Shown: positions 30,818 through 40,968 of the stretch, one piece after another | Position numbering within the stretch: position 1 is the stretch's first letter | How the letters are laid out: each line of letters opens with the position of its first letter | Origin: an uncultured Actinomycetota bacterium | Lineage (GTDB): Bacteria > Actinomycetota > Actinomycetes > JAHEKZ01 | Length of the DNA: 64,000 nt | Assembly (NCBI GenBank): GCA_963726755.1 | Contig: CAVSDB010000001.1 | Coordinates: 1,407,384-1,471,383, forward strand | Direction: 5' to 3' | Made by a program: the position numbers and the translations under genes | Notes under the pieces: model-generated | Databases searched by the model: none | Told to the model about the DNA's origin: nothing | Seen by the model: only the letters and a program-made list of their open reading frames with translations

Positions 30818-32381
30818 CCTCCGCCCTCGACCTTCGGCTGGGCATCGACGTCGGCGGCACGCACACCGACGCGGTAATCCTTGACCTCGACAACACCGTG
30901 CTGGCCAAGACCAAACAGACCACAACGCAAGACGTCACGACCGGTATCCGCAACGCCATTGCTGCGGTCGTCAGTCACGAGGGGATCGGCGCCGATCGCA
31001 TCTCGCACGTCATGCTCGGTACGACTCATGCCACCAACGCTGTACTCGAGCGTCGTCGCCTCCACCAGGTCGCCGTGCTCCGCGTGGGAAGCCCTTCGTC
31101 ATTGGCCGTTCGCCCGCTCTATGGCTGGCCGACTGATCTCGTCGCGGCTGTCGGTGGACACACCTGCATCGTCGGTGGTGGGTTTGAGTACGACGGACGC
31201 GAGATCGTGCCGTTCGACTCGGTGGCCACCCGCGAGTTCTTCGCCAGTGTCGCCGGGTCGGTCGATGCTGTCGCGGTTACGTCCGTCTTCTCACCAATGT
31301 CTTTCGACCACGAACTAGCCGCAGCCGAGATCGCCCGGCAGGAACTTGGCGAGAATGTCGTGCTCTCGCTCAGCCACGAGGTCGGCACGCTTGGCCTGCT
31401 GCCGCGTGAGAACGCGACAGTCCTCAATGCCGCCCTCACCGGAGTGGCTCGTGAGGTGGCCGACTGCACTCACCGAGGCGCTCGACAACCACAACATCGA
31501 CGCGGCGGTGTTCTTCGCGCAGAACGACGGCACGTTGATGGCGCTTGACTACGCCGTGAGATTCCCGATCCTGACCATCGGCTCGGGACCATCGAACTCG
31601 ATTCGTGGAGCGGCGTTCCTCACCGGACTCAGCGACGCGTTGGTCGCCGACGTCGGTGGCACGTCCACCGACTTCGGCATGTTGGTGGGTGGGTTCCCGC
31701 GGGAGTCGGCGGCCGCGGTCGACATCGGCGGGGTCCAGACGAACTTCCGGATGCCCGACGTCCTGGCCATTGCGTTGGGTGGTGGAACCGTGGTTCGCGA
31801 GTCAGCGGACGCAGGTCACTCTCGGACCGGACAGTGTGGGATATCGGCTCCCCGAGCAGGCACTGGTCTTCGGCGGAACCACCCCGACAATTACCGACGC
31901 GGCGGCAGTGTCTGGTCGAGCCGACATTGGCAACCAGCCGGTCGACGCCAAGCACCACGACGACGCTTGGGAGAGCCATGGACCTGGTTGACGAGCAGAT
32001 TGCCGATGCGGTCGACCGAATGAAGGTGGGTCGAGGAGACATCCCCATGATCGTCGTCGGTGGTGGTTCGGTCTTGGTTGCGGACTCGGTGCCTGGGGTG
32101 TCCAAAGTGCTCAGGCCAGATCACTTCGACGTCGCCAATGCCATCGGCGCGGCCATTGCCCAAGTGAGCGGCCGTTGGGACGAGGTGGTCTCCCTGGCCG
32201 GCGGCCGAACCGAGGCGCATCAACGCCGCTAGTCAGCAGGCACGGTCACGGGCGATTCAGGCCGGAGCGGACCCAGAACACATTGAGATCGTCGAGATAG
32301 ACGAGATCCCACTTGGCATACCTCACCGAGCCGGTTGCGCGCCTCAGCGTCAAAGCTGTTGGCCCACTTGGTCGATTCTAA
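30814..32381 (+). CDS. Hydantoinase/oxoprolinase A-type protein, frameshifted
   Basis: Motifs GIDVGGTHTDAV, LGTTHATNA, RENATVLNAAL, SGPSNSIRGA, DVGGTSTD, NFRMPDV, VANAIGAAIA. Confidence 0.85.
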
Positions 32382-32390
32382 GGAGAGCAC

Positions 32391-33980
32391 ATGATCCGTA
32401 CCCGATTCGCTGTCGCGGGGCTGGTCGCAGCCGGGTTGTTGCTCACCGCATGCACGGGCAAGGCACCTGCCGGGGGTGCATCCTCGGCGGCAGCTGGTGG
32501 CACGTTCACCTATGCGAACAACCTTGAGGTGATGATCAGTTGGGATCCGGCGACGGACTACTCCAACGAGGGCATCGCCATGAACAACATGTACGAGCAG
32601 CTGACCAGATACGACATCACGACCAAGAAGGTCGTTCCGCTGCTCGCCAAGTCATGGACGCACAGCGGCGACGGACTCACGTGGACCTTCACGCTGCAGG
32701 ACGGTGTCAACTTCAGCGACGGGAACCCCCTCACCGCAAAGGCGGCGAAGGCTGCGCTCGATCGCACGATCGAAGCTAGCCGGTGGCGCCTCGTACGAAT
32801 GGGACGCGGTGAAGAGCATCTCGGCACCGAACCCGACCACCTTGGTCTTCTCACTCAAGTACGCGGCTCCACTCGATCTCATCGCGTCGTCGGCGTACGG
32901 CGCTTTCATCTACGACACCAAAGCCACGTCGGGCGATCTCGCCAAGTGGTTCGAAGCTGGCCACGCGGCTGGCACCGGACCGTACGTCGTTGACTCGTGG
33001 AAGAAGGGACAAGAGATCGAGCTGCGGCTGTCCGCCAATACCGACTACTGGCGCGGATGGGACGGCGATCACTTCCAGCAGGTGGTGTTCCGCGTCGTGC
33101 CTGAGGAGACAACTGCCGCACAGCTTCTGCAAAGCGGTGAAGTGAACTTCGTACCGCAACTGTCACCGTCGCTGTTCAAGTCCGTCGAGTCGTCGCCCGG
33201 CGTGCAGACCTCAACTCGATCGTCCTTCGAGAACATCTTGGCGATGCTCAACACGGCGAGCGGTCCCCTCGCCGACGAGAAGGTGCGGCGAGCCGTGCAA
33301 GAGGCGATCGACTACGACGGGATTGTCACCGCTGAGAAGGGTGCCTTGATCAAGGCCAACGGAGTTATCCCGGACGGACTGCTCGGCTTCGATCCGAACC
33401 TCACACCGACGTATGACCCGACTGACGCACAGAAACTTCTCACCGAAGCGGGATACGGACCGGGGGGAATCCCCTGCGCTCACTTTGACCTACGCGTCTG
33501 GCACTCCCCAACTCGAGACCATCGTCACGTTACTTAAGTCGAACCTGGCCAAGGTTGGCGTAACCTCGAAGGCGAAGGCGCTCGCGTGGAACACGCAGTG
33601 GTCGTTGGCGAAGTCAGCAGATCCCGGCCAAACGGCAGGACATCTTCTTGTTCTACTGGTACCCGGACTACGCCGACCCGTTCTCGTGGTTCATCAACCT
33701 CTACCACTCGGCGGATCCGCCCTTCTTCAACCTGTCGTACTGGGATGACCCGTCAGTAGATAAGACCATCGACGGACTCCAGGCACTGACCGCAACCGAT
33801 CCTGCGGCAGCCGCCACGTCCTACCAGGAGCTGCAACAGACGATCTCGGACCAGGCGATCTCGCCAGTCTTGGGCGTCGTCAACCAACGACAGGCGTTCA
33901 GTTCGTCGATCGGTGGCTACGTGGACAACCCGTCGTACGCAAACGTCGTCTTCGTCTACGACCTCACTCCTCAAGGCTGA
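32391..33980 (+). CDS. Peptide/nickel ABC transporter substrate-binding lipoprotein (family 5), frameshifted
   Basis: Lipobox LTAC; motifs PLLAKSW, TWTFTLQDGVNFSDG, GTGPY, VRRAVQEAIDY, WYPDYADP, in successive frames. Confidence 0.85.
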
Positions 33981-33997
33981 GCGAACGAACCGCGGCC

Positions 33998-35011
33998 ATG
34001 ACCGACTACGTCCTGCGACGACTCGCCCAAGCCCTGGCGGTCGTGGTCGGCGTGGTCGTCCTTACCTTCGTCATCGCTCGACTCATCCCCGGTGACCCAG
34101 CCGTCGCGTACGCAGGACCACGCGCAACGCCACAGGAACTGGCGGCCGCCCGCGAGCAGTTCGGTCTAGACCAACCGGCCTTCCGTCAGTTCATGTCGTA
34201 CGTGAGCGGCGTTCTTCGAGGGGACTGGGGAATTTCGCTGCACACCAAGCAGCCAGTGCTCACCGACCTATTGCACGTCGTGCCTGTCACGCTTGTGCTT
34301 GGTCGGCTGCGCGATCGTGCTGGCGGTGATTCTCGGTATCCCCTTGGAGTCATCGCGGCGAGGTCGCAGGGTCGGATCGGCGATCTCGCGGTAAAGGTCA
34401 TCGCGATCTTGTCGGTGTCCATGCCGATTTTCTGGTTCGCGATCCTGCTGCAGATGCTGTTCTTCTCTCGACTGGGCTGGCTCCCGTCGCCGGACAGTAC
34501 GACCCCGTCTCTCGACACGACGAGCCCGCTATACACCGTGATCAACGTGCCGGTTGTTGACGCATTGCTCACCGGAAACTGGCCGGTGTTCACCAGTGCA
34601 GCGTCGCACCTGGTCCTACCCGTGATCGCCATCGCGGCGTACCCGCTCGGCGCGGTGGCGATGGTTACGCGCGCCTCGCTACTGGACAACCTCGGCGAGG
34701 AGCACATCCGCATGGTTCGTGGTCTCGGGTTCCCCGAGAGATCTGTGATGGGTCGGTTCGCGATGCGACCGTCGTTGAACCCGGTGGTGTCGTTGCTCGC
34801 CTTGGTATTCGCGTACTCGTTGACCAACAGCTTTATTGTGGAGTCAATCTTCGACATGCCAGGGTTGGGCAGTTACGCGATCAAGTCCATCGAGTCGTTG
34901 GACATCCCGGCGATTCTTGGCGTCACCCTTCTGGTGGCGCTGATCTATGTCTTCCTCAACCTGCTGGTCGACTTGGCACAGGCTGTCATTGATCCTCGGG
35001 TGCGCGCATGA
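33998..35011 (+). CDS. Peptide ABC transporter permease (DppB/OppB-like)
   Basis: Motifs YVLRRLAQA, IPGDPA, GLDQP, GDWGIS, SMPIFW, HLVLP, VESIFDMPGLG, IDPRVR; short compensating frameshifts. Confidence 0.88.
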   Translation: MTDYVLRRLAQALAVVVGVVVLTFVIARLIPGDPAVAYAGPRATPQELAAAREQFGLDQPAFRQFMSYVSGVLRGDWGISLHTKQPVLTDLLHVVPVTLVLGRLRDRAGGDSRYPLGVIAARSQGRIGDLAVKVIAILSVSMPIFWFAILLQMLFFSRLGWLPSPDSTTPSLDTTSPLYTVINVPVVDALLTGNWPVFTSAASHLVLPVIAIAAYPLGAVAMVTRASLLDNLGEEHIRMVRGLGFPERSVMGRFAMRPSLNPVVSLLALVFAYSLTNSFIVESIFDMPGLGSYAIKSIESLDIPAILGVTLLVALIYVFLNLLVDLAQAVIDPRVRA

Positions 35012-35900
35012 GCACCGTCGTCGACGACAGTCGTCGCGACGCAGGCAGCGGTCGTGCTGCGGCGTGGATGGGGATTGGCTTCGGAGTTACCCACTGCTCG
35101 GCTTCGGTTCGCTTGTCGCGTTCGTCATCGTGCTCATGGCGATTCTCGCGCCATGGATAACGCCCTACCCAGCAGGATGCTGGGTCGGCCACGAACCCGG
35201 CTGCTCGCTACTACCTCCGAGCGGCCAGCACTGGTTCGGCACCGATCAGGTGGGCCGCGACATCTACACCCGCGTCGTCTACGGCGCTCGGCTGTCGCTA
35301 GGCACTGCAATCTTCGTGCTGGTGTTCGCGGCGATCGTCGGTCTTGCCATCGGCCTGGTCGCTGGCTTCACAGGTGGTTGGCTCGACTCGGTACTCATGC
35401 GGATTACCGACGTCTTCTTGGCGTTCCCCGCGCTGTTGCTTGCCGTTGCGCTGGCTGCAGTTCTTAGTCCCAGCGGATGGCACGCCGCCATAGCGATCGC
35501 GATCACGTGGTGGCCTTGGTACGCGCGGCTGTCTCGCGGTCAAGCTGCCTCGATTCGCAACCAGGGGTACTCGGACGCCGCCCGAGTACTGGGCGCAAGT
35601 CGACTGCGACAGATTGTTCGACACGTCTTACCCAACGCGTCGACTCCGGTCTTCGTGCAGATGTCGTTGGATGCGTCCGGCATCATTTTGACGGCAGCAA
35701 CACTCTCCTACCTCGGACTTGGCACGCAGGATCCGACACCGGAGTGGGGTCTCATGGTCAGTCAGGGGCAGTCACTGGCCACGACTGCTTGGTGGGTCGT
35801 CACGTTCCCAGGTCTGGCCATCTTGGTGTCCGCAGTTGCCTTCAATTTCATCGGCGATGGCCTCCAGACTGCACTCGACCCCAAACGGGGGCAACGATGA
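35008..35900 (+). CDS. Peptide ABC transporter permease (DppC/OppC-like)
   Basis: Motifs HWFGTDQVGRDIYTRVVYGARLSL, RHVLPN, LSYLGLG, PEWG; N-terminus frameshifted from ATG 35008. Confidence 0.88.
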
Positions 35901-36667
35901 TGCAGGTGCGGGACCTGACCGTCCGGTACGGCGAGCGCGTCGTTGCACACATCGGCGAACTCGATCTTGCGCCCGGTTCCATCACTGGCATTGCGGGTGA
36001 ATCAGGATCGGGTAAGTCGCAAACTGCGCTCGCGATTATGGGACTCGGTCGGTACTCCGGAGCCGACGTCAGCGGCAGTGTTCGGTTGGACGACCTCGAA
36101 CTCACCACGCTTAGCTCTCGCGCCTGGCGACGATCCGTGGCCGTCGCCTGGCGATGATTATGCAGAGTCCGCGCGCGGCACTGAACCCCACGCTGCGCTT
36201 GGGGCGTTGTTTGGCCGGACACTGAGGCTCCACGGGGTGAGTCGCGCAGACATCAGTGACCGGATGACCGACGCCCTCGTGAGGTGGTCCTCGACCCCGC
36301 GATCCTGGATCGATACCCACATCAGATCTCCGGGGGACAGGCTCAGCGGTTCGCCGATCGCAGTGGTGTCCGCACTGCGGGCGGAATTCGTGATTGCCGA
36401 CGAGCCAACGAGCGCACTCGACGTCACGGTTCAGGCAGAGGTAATCGAAGTTCTCCGTGAGTTGCGGGATCGTCACGGCACGGGCTTGCTCTTCATTTCG
36501 CACGACTTGGCTGTTATCAGTGAACTCGCCGACCGAATCGTCGTTATGCGCAAGGTGAAGTCGTCGAAAGTGGAACTACTTCCGAAGTGCTTGGCTCGCC
36601 GACCCACGAGTACACCCGACAGTTGCTCGCCGCCGTGCCCCGCATCGGCCAAGGGAGCACACCGTGA
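35897..36667 (+). CDS. Peptide ABC transporter ATP-binding protein, frameshifted
   Basis: Motifs [29 protein letters not shown]. Confidence 0.85.
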
Positions 36668-37642
36668 CGGCGTTACTCGAAGTTGCGAACCTGCAGCTGG
36701 CGTATGGCGCGACGACGGTGGTCGATGACGTCGACTTTACGGTGGCAGAAGGTCCGTACGGAGTCGGCATCATTGGCGAGTCAGGTTCAGGCAAGACGAC
36801 CATCGCCAGGGCACTGCTTCGGCTGCACCCGGTCGCTAGTGGGACGGTGCGAGTTCTCCGGCAACGATGCTTTGAACCTACGCGGGCAGTGCGTTCAAGA
36901 GCGTTTCGGCGTGACGTCCAAATGGTCTTCCAGGACGGCGACGGTGCTCTCGATCCACGAATGTCGGTGCTTGGCGACGGTTTCCGAACCGATGGCGATT
37001 CACCGCACGGTCGCTCGAGCGCAGCGGCGATCAAAAGTTGCTGCGTTGCTTGAGGAAGTTGGTCTTCCGCCGGAAGTGATCGATCGGTATCCGCACCAAT
37101 TATCCGGAGGCCAGCGTCAGCGAGTTGTGATAGCGCGCGCCTTAGTACTGGAGCCGAAACTACTGGTCCTCGACGAGCCAACAAGTGCGTTAGACGTCAC
37201 CGTGCAAGATCTGGTGCTCAAGTTGATCGAACGATTGCGTGAGGAACGGGGTTTGGCGTACCTGCTGATCTCTCACAACCTTGCCGTGGTCGATCGGTTG
37301 TGTGAGACAAGCGTTGTGCTCTATCGGGGTCGCGTCATGGAACGTGGCTCCACCAGACAACTGCTGTCCGAACCCCTTCACCCCTACACGCGCGCATTGC
37401 GGGCCGCCGTCCCAGAGATCGGGGTTCAACGACCGCCCCTCACCAGGATTGTCGCGTTGCCCGGGGGGGCGAGCGTGGCGTCAACCGGCTGCGTCTACGC
37501 CAGCAGGTGCCCCCTGGCCGTCGACCGATGTGATTCCGAAGTCCCTGCGCTACGGCTGCTGCGTGATCGGGAGGTCGCTTGCCATAGGGCCGAAGAGACC
37601 ACCGATGTATTGCCCACGACCGCGCCGCTGCCGTCGATCTAG
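36664..37642 (+). CDS. Peptide ABC transporter ATP-binding protein, frameshifted
   Basis: Motifs [33 protein letters not shown], and Cys-rich C-terminus GCVYASRCP...VACH. Confidence 0.87.
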
Positions 37643-37742
37643 GCCCAGCTGTCAGCCTGTGACCTTGAACGTCCCTTTACGAGGTATGAGATCGCGACCG
37701 ACAAGAAAGAGACCATCGCTCCGACCAGGAGAGCAACCGGAA

Positions 37743-37886
37743 TCAGCAGCGTGAGTCAGTAGCTAGCGCCTGCGAAAGAACGCCGGTATCCGAGCGGTTG
37801 TCCGGCACGTATCCATCAGTTGCAGAACCACCGGGTGTCCAAGCGCAGGGGGAAGTTTCAGTTCCACACGACGGGCACGGTCGCAT
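37743..37886 (-). pseudogene. Remnant 5' end of a zinc-ribbon cyclase gene (47-codon ORF)
   Basis: Begins MRPCPSCG, identical to the cyclase at 28173, with TAGTAT 6 nt upstream, then diverges. Confidence 0.6.
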
Positions 37887-37899
37887 TTGCCGATACTAG
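37867..37899 (+). repeat. 33-bp direct repeat, right copy
   Basis: CACGACGGGCACGGTCGCATTTGCCGATACTAG versus 28154-28186. Confidence 0.9.
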
Positions 37900-37914
37900 G
37901 GTTTAAGGACACCG

Positions 37915-39612
37915 ATGTCTGAACTGAGGAGCAGTCGCCAGGTGAAGCCTGTCTTGATGGTGGTCTCAGAAGTCGAGCGGGTCCGGACCGACCTTTGCGC
38001 GGATTTGGAGCGCCGGTTCAGCGCTGACTACAGCGTCCTGGGGACGTCGTCGGCATCCAGCGCGAAGGACGCATTGGACGATGGCGCCAGCCGAGGCCAA
38101 CAAGTGGCTCTTCTCTTCGTTGACCAGACACTCGGGACCGCGGCGATGGATGTGTTTAGCCGCGCGCGTGCGGCACACCCCGCGTGCCTGCGAATCCTCG
38201 TCGTTCCTCGTGGGAACGCGCCCTCTCAGCGGATAGTCATCGACGCGTTCGCGCTGGGCCAAGCGGACTTCCACTTGTTCAACCCGTGGCATCCACTGGA
38301 ACGCAATCTCTACCCCGCGGTTTCGGACTTCTTGTCCGCGTGGTCCAAATCGCAAGAAGCCTCGATGGCCGCGATCCAGATGTGTGGAGCCCGGAATTCA
38401 GCACGCACGCACGAACTGCGTGACCTCTTGACGCGTGCCGCGATCCCGTTCCGGTTCTACGAAGAAGGGACCGCCGAGGGTCGGAATTTCCTCGAGGGGG
38501 TGGGAGCCACCAGTGCACAGTTGCCCGTTGTCGCCCTCTATACCGGCGTGATCCTTGAAGATCCATCGAACGCGGACATTGTGTCGGCGCTAGGCGGAAA
38601 GACTCAGCCAGAAGTGGACGCCTGCGATCTGCTCATCGTCGGCGCCGGCCCTGCGGGACTTGCCGCGGCGGTGTACGCGGCATCGGAAGGTCTGCACACG
38701 GTGATTCTGGAACCAGTGGTTCCCGGAGGGCAAGCGGCCACCAGCGCACTCATCAGAAATTACCTCGGGTTCCACCGAGGTATCAGCGGGGACGAACTTA
38801 CCGGTCGCGCCGTCGAGCAAGCCTGGCTCTTCGGAGTTGACTTTGTGCTTACTCAAGCCGCCGAAAGCGTTCAGGTGCGCGGCGACCAACGTGTGGTCCG
38901 CACTGCTGACGGAAGCGAGATAGCTGCCCGAGCAGTCATTCTTGCTACTGGCGTGAGTTGGCGTCGGCTCGGTCTCCCGGAGCTGGAAGCTCTGGTCGGT
39001 TCCGGGGTGTTCTACGGAGCCGCGAGTGCCGAGGCCAAAGCCCAGCAGGGCCGCGACACATTTGTTGTTGGGGCCGGTAACTCTGCTGGCCAGGCAGCAC
39101 TACACCTAGCCCGATACGCGTCCTCGGTCACCATGCTGGTGCGGCGAGCGAGCTTGACCGAAACCATGTCCGACTACTTGGTTAGGGAGATTGAGGCGGC
39201 ACACAACGTCAATGTTCGCTACACCGTTGAGGTTTCGAACGGCGGTGGAGCGGGCAGCCTCGAGTGGATTGAAATCCGAGACAGAATTACCGGTCAGACA
39301 ACCCCGTCTCGAGCGGCCGCGCTATTCCTCATGATTGGAGCCGAGCCGCACACCGACTGGTTACCGTTGGAACTGCAACGCGACGACCATCGGTTCATCC
39401 TCACGGGAAAGGACCTCGTCGCTTCGACCGGCTCACCCTCAGATTGGCCATTGCAACGCGCGCCACTGCTTCTGGAAACCAGCATTCCCGGCGTGTTCGC
39501 TGCGGGCGATGTTCGACACGGGTCGGTCAAGCGGGTGGCCTCCGCCGTTGGCGATGGTGCTATCGCCCTCACCCAAGTTCACGAGTACCTGGCCGGGATG
39601 GTCGATGACTAG
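37915..39612 (+). CDS. Receiver-like domain + thioredoxin-reductase-fold FAD oxidoreductase lacking CxxC
   Basis: Motifs IVGAGPAGLAAA, GGQA, NYLGF, ILATG, VVGAGNSAGQ, GVFAAGDVR; GVFYGAASAE replaces the CATC motif. Confidence 0.88.
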   Translation: MSELRSSRQVKPVLMVVSEVERVRTDLCADLERRFSADYSVLGTSSASSAKDALDDGASRGQQVALLFVDQTLGTAAMDVFSRARAAHPACLRILVVPRGNAPSQRIVIDAFALGQADFHLFNPWHPLERNLYPAVSDFLSAWSKSQEASMAAIQMCGARNSARTHELRDLLTRAAIPFRFYEEGTAEGRNFLEGVGATSAQLPVVALYTGVILEDPSNADIVSALGGKTQPEVDACDLLIVGAGPAGLAAAVYAASEGLHTVILEPVVPGGQAATSALIRNYLGFHRGISGDELTGRAVEQAWLFGVDFVLTQAAESVQVRGDQRVVRTADGSEIAARAVILATGVSWRRLGLPELEALVGSGVFYGAASAEAKAQQGRDTFVVGAGNSAGQAALHLARYASSVTMLVRRASLTETMSDYLVREIEAAHNVNVRYTVEVSNGGGAGSLEWIEIRDRITGQTTPSRAAALFLMIGAEPHTDWLPLELQRDDHRFILTGKDLVASTGSPSDWPLQRAPLLLETSIPGVFAAGDVRHGSVKRVASAVGDGAIALTQVHEYLAGMVDD

Positions 39613-39621
39613 AGTTTGCCC

Positions 39622-39807
39622 ATGAGCAAGAACTCCAAGTCCGGTACAGCCGCTGGCGCTGGCGCGATTTATGGCCTCGGGATCTTCGGCGCCTTCTTCT
39701 ACTTTTGGCAACAGGCAGACGTCTGGTGGGAGTATCTGTTCGCCTTTGTGCAGGCGATCTTCTGGCCAGCTTGGATGGTGTACGACGTCTTCAAGGCACT
39801 GAACTAG
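39622..39807 (+). CDS. Small membrane protein
   Basis: GAIYGLGIFGAFFYFWQQA...AIFWPAWMVY; TAGAGT 6 nt before ATG. Confidence 0.75.
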   Translation: MSKNSKSGTAAGAGAIYGLGIFGAFFYFWQQADVWWEYLFAFVQAIFWPAWMVYDVFKALN

Positions 39808-39873
39808 TCACGCGAGGCAGCTGACCCGGTGGTGGGCTGGGCCGCTACGTCGCGGCCAGCCCACCACACAAGA

Positions 39874-40371
39874 TCAGGAAATGTGGAACGTGTAGTCGTA
39901 CTTGGTTCCGGCTTTGTTCGCGGCGTGAAGAAGCATGTAGCCACGAGCGTTCTTGTACTTCCCCGTTCCGCCAGTGATGGCGAGTTTGCTGTCTTTGCCA
40001 CTGTCGAGGAATGGTCCCTGAACCGTGATCTGTCCCTTTTCCAGGATGTTCGTCCAGGTGCACTCCCACGACTTGCCGGGGTTGGTGCGGTAGCACAGAC
40101 CCTCGTCGCGGCCGACCTTCTTAGTGTCTTTCGCGTTGAAGAGGTTGTTGCCCCAGCCGATCGTGTTGCCGATGACGTCCTTCTTGTTCTTGGGGTGCAC
40201 GTACACGTAGACGTCAGTCTTCCCGTGCTCTACGACGGTGAAGGTGTCAGCAGAGGCCGCTGCTGAACGGGTCGGGGTGTGATGAGAGGCCGATGCTGCT
40301 ACGCCTCCCACAACGACGGCCGCCGCAGCCGCTAGTACTACGAGGATGGTGGCTGTACGTCGACTAGCCAT
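39874..40371 (-). CDS. Secreted allene-oxide-cyclase/dirigent-like protein
   Basis: Signal peptide; motifs KVGRDEGLC, GQITVQGPF, LAITGGTGKYKNARG. Confidence 0.75.
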   Translation of the reverse strand: MASRRTATILVVLAAAAAVVVGGVAASASHHTPTRSAAASADTFTVVEHGKTDVYVYVHPKNKKDVIGNTIGWGNNLFNAKDTKKVGRDEGLCYRTNPGKSWECTWTNILEKGQITVQGPFLDSGKDSKLAITGGTGKYKNARGYMLLHAANKAGTKYDYTFHIS

Positions 40372-40438
40372 GAGATATCTCCACTCTGTTGGGGGTGATG
40401 TTGTGAAGGATCTCGGCGGAGCCAAGTGACGTCAAGGT

Positions 40439-40909
40439 TTAGTGCCCCAGCCGCCTGCGAAACCAGTGGGTGGCATACGGGTTGTCGTTATATCGGGGGA
40501 TCGCCTGGTAACCCAACCGTTCGTACATCGCGACGGCTTCGGTGAGCACTGCGTTGGTGTCGAGGACCACCTCTTGGCGTCCGCTCGCGAGCGCCAACAA
40601 CTCGAGATGGGTCATGAGCACCCTCGAGATTCCGCGACCACGGACCGAAGGGTCAAGCCACACCCGCTTGATCTCAGCTCGCTCGTCATCCAGCCAATGG
40701 AGGCCACCACCACCATCGCACGATCCGTTCGTCCCGACGAGCACGAACAATCCATCTGGCGGAGACAACGTGAGGTGCGCCTCGGCGAGTGCGGTCTCGC
40801 CGTCAAAGCCCCCCTCGAATCGTCTGTCGAGTTCGTCGAAGTACTCGGTCATGACCCATCGAGCCGACTCGTCGTCCGCGTCGACCTGCGTGAACGTCAG
40901 ATCGGCCAT
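40439..40909 (-). CDS. GNAT N-acetyltransferase
   Basis: Motifs AEIKRVWLDPSVRGRGISR, LDTNAVLTEAVAMYERLGY, YNDNPYA. Confidence 0.88.
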   Translation of the reverse strand: MADLTFTQVDADDESARWVMTEYFDELDRRFEGGFDGETALAEAHLTLSPPDGLFVLVGTNGSCDGGGGLHWLDDERAEIKRVWLDPSVRGRGISRVLMTHLELLALASGRQEVVLDTNAVLTEAVAMYERLGYQAIPRYNDNPYATHWFRRRLGH

Positions 40910-40968
40910 GGCTTCTTCTACCACCAGGCCAAGGAGACGGCCAGCCGCCGATGTGACAGTTTGGGTAC

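Noticed and set aside
28195-37642. Selenocysteine readthrough, alternative genetic code or programmed frameshifting as the cause of split ORFs
   Set aside because: Homology continues in a different frame rather than through in-frame stops. The breaks are numerous and show no shared slippery motif.
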